Part shown: positions 8,634 to 14,100 of the stretch, one piece after another
How positions within the stretch are numbered: the first letter of the stretch is position 1
Layout of the letters: each line of letters opens with the position of its first letter
Origin: Candidatus Heimdallarchaeota archaeon B3_Heim
Lineage (GTDB): Archaea; Asgardarchaeota; Heimdallarchaeia; Hodarchaeales; Hodarchaeaceae
Reading direction: 5' to 3'
Length of the DNA: 15,380 nucleotides
NCBI GenBank assembly: GCA_003144275.1
Contig: NJBF01000057.1
Coordinates: 1 to 15,380, forward strand
The notes under the pieces: generated by a model
Databases searched by the model: none
Told to the model about the DNA's origin: nothing
The model's input: the letters and a program-made list of their open reading frames with translations, nothing else
Program-made: the position numbers and the translations under genes

Positions 8634-8678
8634 AGTTATGGAGAAAACTCACAGACCCCTACGCAGGACGACGATGAG
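8634..8678. repeat. Dispersed intergenic repeat, copy D
   Basis: Core CCCCTACGCAGGACGACGATGA (8656-8677) is 19/22 identical to copy B and 15/22 to copy A. It is preceded by AGTTATGGAGAAAACT, resembling AGTTTGGAAGAAACT in A and GGAGAAAAC in B. It fills most of the 66-nt gap between convergent genes. Confidence 0.85.
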
Positions 8679-8693
8679 CAAGAAAACGATGCA

Positions 8694-10217
8694 CTAATCA
8701 TACCGGATTTCTGATTTTATTAAAATAATAGAACCCAGAAAGAAAATGAACGCAAAAATGATATTTGTCCATAATACGAAGAAAAGGATATCCGCAGCTT
8801 TTGGATCGGAAATAAAGTTCGAGACAATTAAACTTGATAAGATTGGTGAGAATGAAATTAGAAAAAACTCTACACCAGGAAATAAAAAAATAGAACCCAT
8901 TAATCCAAGAATTTCAAGTCCAAAAATTGAAAGAACGGCTGATTGAAGTAAATCCTTTACTGGAAAAAGGCGCCATATAAAAATAAGGATGGCCACAAAG
9001 TACAGCGAACGAAAAAATAAATTGACGACAAGAGGAAGAAAGGAGGAGGATTCAGGTCTAAAAAAGAATATGATTGCGATAACTGCAACAAGTGAATTCA
9101 GAAAAATTGGTTTAATAAGTAATAAAACCTTATCAAAGAAATAACGATACGCAGAAATTCGGGTAAGGATCATTTCTTCCATTTTATACTCTTTTTCAGC
9201 AGTAATTCTGGGAAAAATCGTTAGAAAAGCGAAAAGGAGGATAAAAACAAAGTGAAAACAAAAAAATTTGATTCCAATAGTCACAATTAATGAAGTATCT
9301 GGGGATGCGACATACAAGATGAGATAAGGAAGAAAATTGAAAAGGGGGAGTGAATATTGCCAATTAACAAGTCGACTGGACTTTATCGACTCAATCAAAG
9401 CATAAAAATCAGAACTAGGGTCTAAGTCAATAGTCAGATTGTGACCTCCAGAGGTAACAGATTTTATGACAAGCGTAATTAGTCTAGTCATTACTTCTGA
9501 AAGAAGCAATAGAATAATTGCACAAATAACGATGAGCACAAAAAAAGAAAAGGGAAGATTAGCGAATAAAGCAGTAGCAAAAAACACATCAACAATTATG
9601 AAATTCATATCAAATAGGGTAATTATTAGGAGGACGATAATAACCGCTAGAATAGTAATGTAATACAGAAAGACGCGCATCATGGAGGAAGGAAAACGTA
9701 ATTCACAAATTGAAAGAATTAGCGCTGACAGTAAATACCACGTAAGAAAAAAAATAATGATTAAAGGGATAAAGAACAACAAGAGGAGCATAGACAATAT
9801 GTCATTGGTTTTGCTAAGCCCAAAGATGAAAACACCAAAAAAACCGATAATGAGGGGTAAGATCATTAAAAACGCATTAGCAACAATTCGGGAGAAAAAA
9901 AGAGATTTAAACCGAAAGGACGACATAACCATATAATCTAACATGAAGTGTTGTCTTTCTCGAGAGAAGATGTTTAGACTAATAGGAAAAAAGAGAAGGA
10001 AGAAGAAAAGAAAAGGACCAAGTAGTTCAGGATATCCAAAGGGAGGAGGGAAAGAAAAGATAAAAGACAATAAGCTTGGGAGAAGAACTAGAAAAATGGA
10101 ACCATAGTAGCACCACAACAATAAGGAGGATTTCAATCTAAATTTAAACTCATTCGCAGCATAATAGAGAAGGAAGGGATTATTAAGCTCCACACCGAAA
10201 AATCCTCCTCTTATCAT
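8694..10217 (-). CDS. ABC-2-type exporter permease, apparent tandem fusion of two permease units
   Basis: Very hydrophobic ~510-aa ORF with two ABC-2-style cytoplasmic motifs (ERQHFMLDYMVMSSFRFKSLFFSRI and EKEYKMEEMILTRISAYRYFFDKV). The ATG at 10217 overlaps the ATPase TGA (ATGA); the ORF track starts at 10235. Confidence 0.8.
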   Translation of the reverse strand: MIRGGFFGVELNNPFLLYYAANEFKFRLKSSLLLWCYYGSIFLVLLPSLLSFIFSFPPPFGYPELLGPFLFFFLLFFPISLNIFSRERQHFMLDYMVMSSFRFKSLFFSRIVANAFLMILPLIIGFFGVFIFGLSKTNDILSMLLLLFFIPLIIIFFLTWYLLSALILSICELRFPSSMMRVFLYYITILAVIIVLLIITLFDMNFIIVDVFFATALFANLPFSFFVLIVICAIILLLLSEVMTRLITLVIKSVTSGGHNLTIDLDPSSDFYALIESIKSSRLVNWQYSLPLFNFLPYLILYVASPDTSLIVTIGIKFFCFHFVFILLFAFLTIFPRITAEKEYKMEEMILTRISAYRYFFDKVLLLIKPIFLNSLVAVIAIIFFFRPESSSFLPLVVNLFFRSLYFVAILIFIWRLFPVKDLLQSAVLSIFGLEILGLMGSIFLFPGVEFFLISFSPILSSLIVSNFISDPKAADILFFVLWTNIIFAFIFFLGSIILIKSEIRYD

Positions 10218-11173
10218 GATAGAAAATCCATCCATTCAATTTTTGCATGGTTTAAGAAATATATATCTTCTAAAGAGATTAGGTGAGATATGATATTACT
10301 ATCAGTATTAATTGAATCCTTGAACTGCTTATAGATATTTGAAACATACCTCTCTTTGCCATAAAGCTCAATTCCTCTAGCAGACGTATTTACATATAGA
10401 ATCTCATCAACATCAATAAAATCTTTCGCAATTTCCGTGAGATATGGGGCCTTAATCTCTAACCGACGTAATTCTGCGAATTTATGCTTTAATTCTGATA
10501 TCCATAGGGGTTGGTGAAGCATTTTTCCAGCTTCTAGGATAAAAACACGATCGCAAACAGCTTCTACATCTTCCAGAATATGAGAGGAAATAAGAACAGT
10601 CTTGTCAAAATCGTCAGTAAGGTCTAATAAGAATTTACGGACTTGGATTCTTGCCAGAGGATCAAGTCCACTAGTGGGTTCATCAAGAATTAAGAGAGGA
10701 GGATTATGAATTAAAGCAACTCCTAATCCAACTTTGTGTAACATACCCTTAGAGAGAGATTTGATATGGACATTCAAGAACGGTTCAATGTCCAATAACC
10801 TAATTACCCGTTCACGCAAATCTTCTTGATCAACACGTTCTTGTTGGTGAAGCATGGAAAAAAAATTAAGGATATCAGCAACCGTGTAATAAGGATAAAA
10901 AGAAAACCGCTCAGGAAGGTATCCAATGAGCTGCTTGATTTTAAAAGCATCGAGACTGGGATTCAATCCAAAGATTTCAATGATACCATTAGAAGCAAGG
11001 AGAAGCGTTGAAATAATCCTTAACAAAGTCGTTTTACCCGCCCCATTGTTACCCAAGATCCCAATAGTTTCTCCCTCCACAACAGTAAGATCGATATCAC
11101 TTAAAACAACTTTATCAGGATAATAAATCTTTTTTAATCCCTCAATAAAAACAGGTATAGAATAATCAGACAC
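10214..11173 (-). CDS. ABC-2/DrrA-type multidrug-exporter ATP-binding protein
   Basis: Walker A GNNGAGKTT, IGYLPE Q-loop region, LSKGM signature, LILDEPTSGLDP and ISSH. GTG start. Confidence 0.95.
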   Translation of the reverse strand: MSDYSIPVFIEGLKKIYYPDKVVLSDIDLTVVEGETIGILGNNGAGKTTLLRIISTLLLASNGIIEIFGLNPSLDAFKIKQLIGYLPERFSFYPYYTVADILNFFSMLHQQERVDQEDLRERVIRLLDIEPFLNVHIKSLSKGMLHKVGLGVALIHNPPLLILDEPTSGLDPLARIQVRKFLLDLTDDFDKTVLISSHILEDVEAVCDRVFILEAGKMLHQPLWISELKHKFAELRRLEIKAPYLTEIAKDFIDVDEILYVNTSARGIELYGKERYVSNIYKQFKDSINTDSNIISHLISLEDIYFLNHAKIEWMDFLS

Positions 11174-11337
11174 TACTATCCACTCGGTTAACTGATGGTG
11201 TAGTTCACCTTAAAAATACTTTCTTCTGTTCAAAGAATGTATTACAAAAACGATGGTAAGAATTACGGACAACCAACTTCATTTTAGATGTCGAAAGGAG
11301 GAAAAAAAACCCAAGAAAGATCAGAAAGACAACACCA

Positions 11338-12114
11338 CTAAAGGAATAAGAGTTCGATAACTAAAAAACTTGTACACAGGAGGAAAAAAAGAGGAAAAAG
11401 GGGTAGAAGTTCAGTAAAAGCCAAATGGATTCCAACGACTCCCAAAAATATCGGGAGAACTGAGGTAGAAAAAATAGCTAGAACATCAAGGTCTCCATCC
11501 ACAAAGACGAGTATCTGAAAATGATTACGAGTAAATGAGACAGATAATAATGCATCAAAGGCAAGGACTGAAGGAATCAAGATCAAACCTAGTTTTAACA
11601 ACACTACCAAATTCTTTTGTTTCATTAGCTTGAGGAGATTCATTTGATCTAATCTAGAGAAACGATCAAGAAAAAACAAAAACAAACCAGAAAGAAAAAC
11701 AAAGACAAAATAAAGCAATAAGCAGGCAAAAAATGTCGGATAATGGATAATATTATCTCGGAACCTCATTGTTGAGAGAATATGGGAAGAGGAAACGCTT
11801 ACTAGTAATAATAAGAGAGAAGTCAGGAAAGGAATTATCATTGCCTTTTTTCGGGATTTCTTACTTGGTACAGTAGAGGGGAGATGTAATTTGTCTAAAG
11901 CCTGCAATTTCAAACAAATCAACCCCCAAATAAGGAATAAAGGGGACAGAAACATCAAACCAGTAGGAAATTGCACCCAATCGTACGTGACACCGGGGCC
12001 CCCTTCGGGCCACCAGTAAAGGTCAGTGGTAAAATAAATGCCAAAGATAGCAATAGTAAAATACGCGATCCCAAGATATCTATAAAATTCAATGGTTTCT
12101 GTGATTCGAATCAA
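11338..12114 (-). CDS. Hypothetical polytopic membrane protein
   Basis: 258-aa ORF with roughly 6-7 hydrophobic segments separated by basic loops (SKKSRKK). TTG start; the N-terminus may be frameshifted (see findings). No family recognised. Confidence 0.7.
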   Translation of the reverse strand: MIRITETIEFYRYLGIAYFTIAIFGIYFTTDLYWWPEGGPGVTYDWVQFPTGLMFLSPLFLIWGLICLKLQALDKLHLPSTVPSKKSRKKAMIIPFLTSLLLLLVSVSSSHILSTMRFRDNIIHYPTFFACLLLYFVFVFLSGLFLFFLDRFSRLDQMNLLKLMKQKNLVVLLKLGLILIPSVLAFDALLSVSFTRNHFQILVFVDGDLDVLAIFSTSVLPIFLGVVGIHLAFTELLPLFPLFFLLCTSFLVIELLFL

Positions 12115-12190
12115 AGCAGCTTCTCTTCCTCTTTAGCCCCCAATATTAAAAAACTTCGCATTATGTAATTTTTTTTAACATACAAAAGAC

Positions 12191-12243
12191 GAAGAGAGAG
12201 GAGGTTGAAGAAATAACTCCCCTCAGACAAGGATTTATCTCTG
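12191..12243. repeat. Degenerate relative of the dispersed repeat, copy C
   Basis: GAGGAGGTTGAAGAAATAACTCCCCT resembles GAGGAGTTTGGAAGAAACTAGCACTCCCCT of copy A and forms the same type of hairpin. It is followed by CCT-cagaca-AGGA and later by CTCTGAATT, which is also found downstream of copy A. Core diverged. Confidence 0.6.
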
Positions 12244-12398
12244 AATTAATCATTTGAAACGATGTCTCGCTGGAAGAAATAACTTCCAGGACAAATAACA
12301 TACACATTATGTCAACTTGAACTCCTGGAGCGGGTAAAGAAACAAAGAAATGCTATAATTCTTCAAAAACGGTGATTATAACCTTAAACTGGTTATTT

Positions 12399-12881
12399 TC
12401 ATTTATCGGTATCACTATGTGACCAAATGTAGATAGCTGATACAGACACGGTAGCTACTAGACCAAGAAGGAAAATACAACTCGCAGTAATTTGCATTAA
12501 CCACGACGGTTCCTGCCAGGCTAGGAACTTTCCTGAGACAGGGGTGACTGACTGTAGCTTAATTAGGGTCTGATTTTGTGGTTCTATTGAGGTTTTGTAA
12601 AAGGATCCGTTGAAGACACTGATTCCATCGATAAAGATCTCAATTGAATCATTTGCTTTTATTGTCAAATGTATTCGTGTCTTAGAGTACCAAGGAAATT
12701 GGGTGGTATAGTTATTATAGCTAGTTAAGTGAAAAGGCTCTCCTGCTCCATAACTGGGTACGAGAGTTGGATAAATTACATATGTGAATCCTAGGGCTAT
12801 TATTCCAGAAAAAAGTATTAAAAACGCAAAGATTATCAAAAAAGATACATGTTTTGTTATCCATTTCAGAATAAATCCCAC
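12399..12881 (-). CDS. Hypothetical membrane protein (TM - beta-rich soluble domain - TM)
   Basis: 160-aa ORF with a GTG start, hydrophobic N- and C-terminal helices, and a ~90-aa central domain with alternating hydrophobic residues. Confidence 0.75.
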   Translation of the reverse strand: MGFILKWITKHVSFLIIFAFLILFSGIIALGFTYVIYPTLVPSYGAGEPFHLTSYNNYTTQFPWYSKTRIHLTIKANDSIEIFIDGISVFNGSFYKTSIEPQNQTLIKLQSVTPVSGKFLAWQEPSWLMQITASCIFLLGLVATVSVSAIYIWSHSDTDK

Positions 12882-13047
12882 TTCACATCTCTCAAATTGT
12901 TAGTTGCGTTGTACGAGCTCTGTTAAATCTAGTTTCTTTTATGACTCAAAAAGAGTTTCACAAAACACTAAAATTTCGATAATTACGTTTTATATAGAAA
13001 TTTCTTTAACCAGCGATCAATGTATAGCTATTTTCTTTAGTAAGATA

Positions 13048-13314
13048 CTAACTAAATAGCACACTGAAATAAGATATGAATAATCCAAGAGTAACGAAAA
13101 ATCCGGAAAAAAAGATAACCTCAACAGTTCTCACCAGACTTTTATCTAGTTTTGCTAAATTGTCTGATAACTCCTCTTGTCTGTACTCGTCAAATAATCT
13201 GGGTATGAATTTCCTAAGATCAGTAAAATGTTTTACCAAACTACCTAGAAATACACCGAAGCTTAATCCAGCAATAATTAAACCTAAATCAAAGAAATAG
13301 TCAACAATAGTCAT
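13048..13314 (-). CDS. Small hypothetical two-TM membrane protein
   Basis: Two hydrophobic segments flanking a charged linker. The start is moved to ATG 13314 because the ORF-track GTG (13323) is part of an AGGTGA RBS 5 nt upstream. Confidence 0.7.
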   Translation of the reverse strand: MTIVDYFFDLGLIIAGLSFGVFLGSLVKHFTDLRKFIPRLFDEYRQEELSDNLAKLDKSLVRTVEVIFFSGFFVTLGLFISYFSVLFS

Positions 13315-13473
13315 GTGTTTCACCTGATAATTGGTTGGAATAAATGAAATGTTGAAGCTTAAGGGATATCAATATTATATTAAGTTATACTAGGGATCAT
13401 TGAGGGTCTAGGCAGTATAATTCGATGTTTGCGAAAAGAAGGAAGGAAGCACAATTATTGAAATGACATGTAA

Positions 13474-13510
13474 AAGATGATCAACATCTTAGAGAATAAC
13501 CGAGTTATTC
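13474..13510. promoter_or_regulatory. Two adjacent perfect inverted repeats in a divergent intergenic region; candidate operator sites
   Basis: AAGATG-atcaa-CATCTT (13474-13490) and GAATAAC-cga-GTTATTC (13494-13510). Confidence 0.45.
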
Positions 13511-13601
13511 ACGATGGGGGTAAAAGTTTTTTAGAAGGAAGGGCGTGAGTTTTTAATTGAGATGATATTAAAGATAAGTATTGGTGGCATCAGGAGGGCT
13601 G

Positions 13602-13964
13602 ATGTTGAATAATAAATGGGAAATACTCATAGCAAGTAGTGTATTCATACTAGGCTGTGTGATAGCGATATTTACAGAGTACTGGTCTGGGATAATAATG
13701 ATGATTCTAGTTATTTGTAACGCTTTATGGTCAGAATATGAGACCAGAAAACTGGCAGGGAAAGATCCCATGACACAATCCACGAATAAAAAAGTCATCA
13801 TGCTAGGGGGATTAATGATAGGGATAGGCATAATTTTCCTCATCGTGAGCATTATCAATAGAGAAATTACGCCTAAAACTGAGGTTATAACCTCGGTGCT
13901 TTTATTGGGTGGCTTAACCCTCGTTATTCACGAATTTTTTAAACGGTATCGAGCAGCATCATAA
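13602..13964 (+). CDS. Hypothetical four-TM membrane protein
   Basis: 120 aa with about four hydrophobic helices. AGGAGG RBS at 13592-13597 lies just before ATG 13602; the ORF track starts at TTG 13581. Confidence 0.75.
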   Translation: MLNNKWEILIASSVFILGCVIAIFTEYWSGIIMMILVICNALWSEYETRKLAGKDPMTQSTNKKVIMLGGLMIGIGIIFLIVSIINREITPKTEVITSVLLLGGLTLVIHEFFKRYRAAS

Positions 13965-14008
13965 TAATCCTATTGACTATCAAGATAGTATAAAGGAATC
14001 TCAGATAC

Positions 14009-14070
14009 TTATCCTACAAAAGGATGATTCTTAGCAAAAAGAGGTACAGAGCGTGTTTCACGAATGTACC
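14009..14070. other. Hairpin pair downstream of the 13602 gene; the first resembles the repeat core (possible copy E)
   Basis: ATCCT-acaaa-AGGAT (14011-14025), i.e. CCTAC..GGATG as in the repeat core. GGTACA-gag-CGTG-ttt-CACG-aa-TGTACC (14043-14070). Confidence 0.4.
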
Positions 14071-14100
14071 AAGGTATATATTCTTCCTAATATAACCAAC

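Noticed and set aside
1057-8677. Repeat core (minus strand CCAGTGTAGGGG / CCTGCGTAGGGG) resembles the 3' end of a TPP riboswitch (CCxGCGxAGGGA)
   Set aside because: The upstream CUGAGA and ACCUGAU elements are absent, and copies A and D are not 5' of any minus-strand gene.
8746-9936. Plus-strand ORFs 8746-8946, 9466-9663 and 9682-9936
   Set aside because: They are K/I/N-rich antisense shadows of the T-rich codons of the hydrophobic permease.
10211-12401. Selenocysteine read-through of TGA stops with the hairpins acting as SECIS
   Set aside because: TGA at 10214 is followed immediately by TAA, and TGA at 12399 by AAA TAA. Read-through at 12111 gives nothing recognisable, and no TGA aligns with a catalytic Cys.
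1019-14027. CRISPR array or orphan CRISPR repeats
   Set aside because: Copies are kilobases apart, divergent and not separated by spacer-sized sequences, and no cas genes are present.
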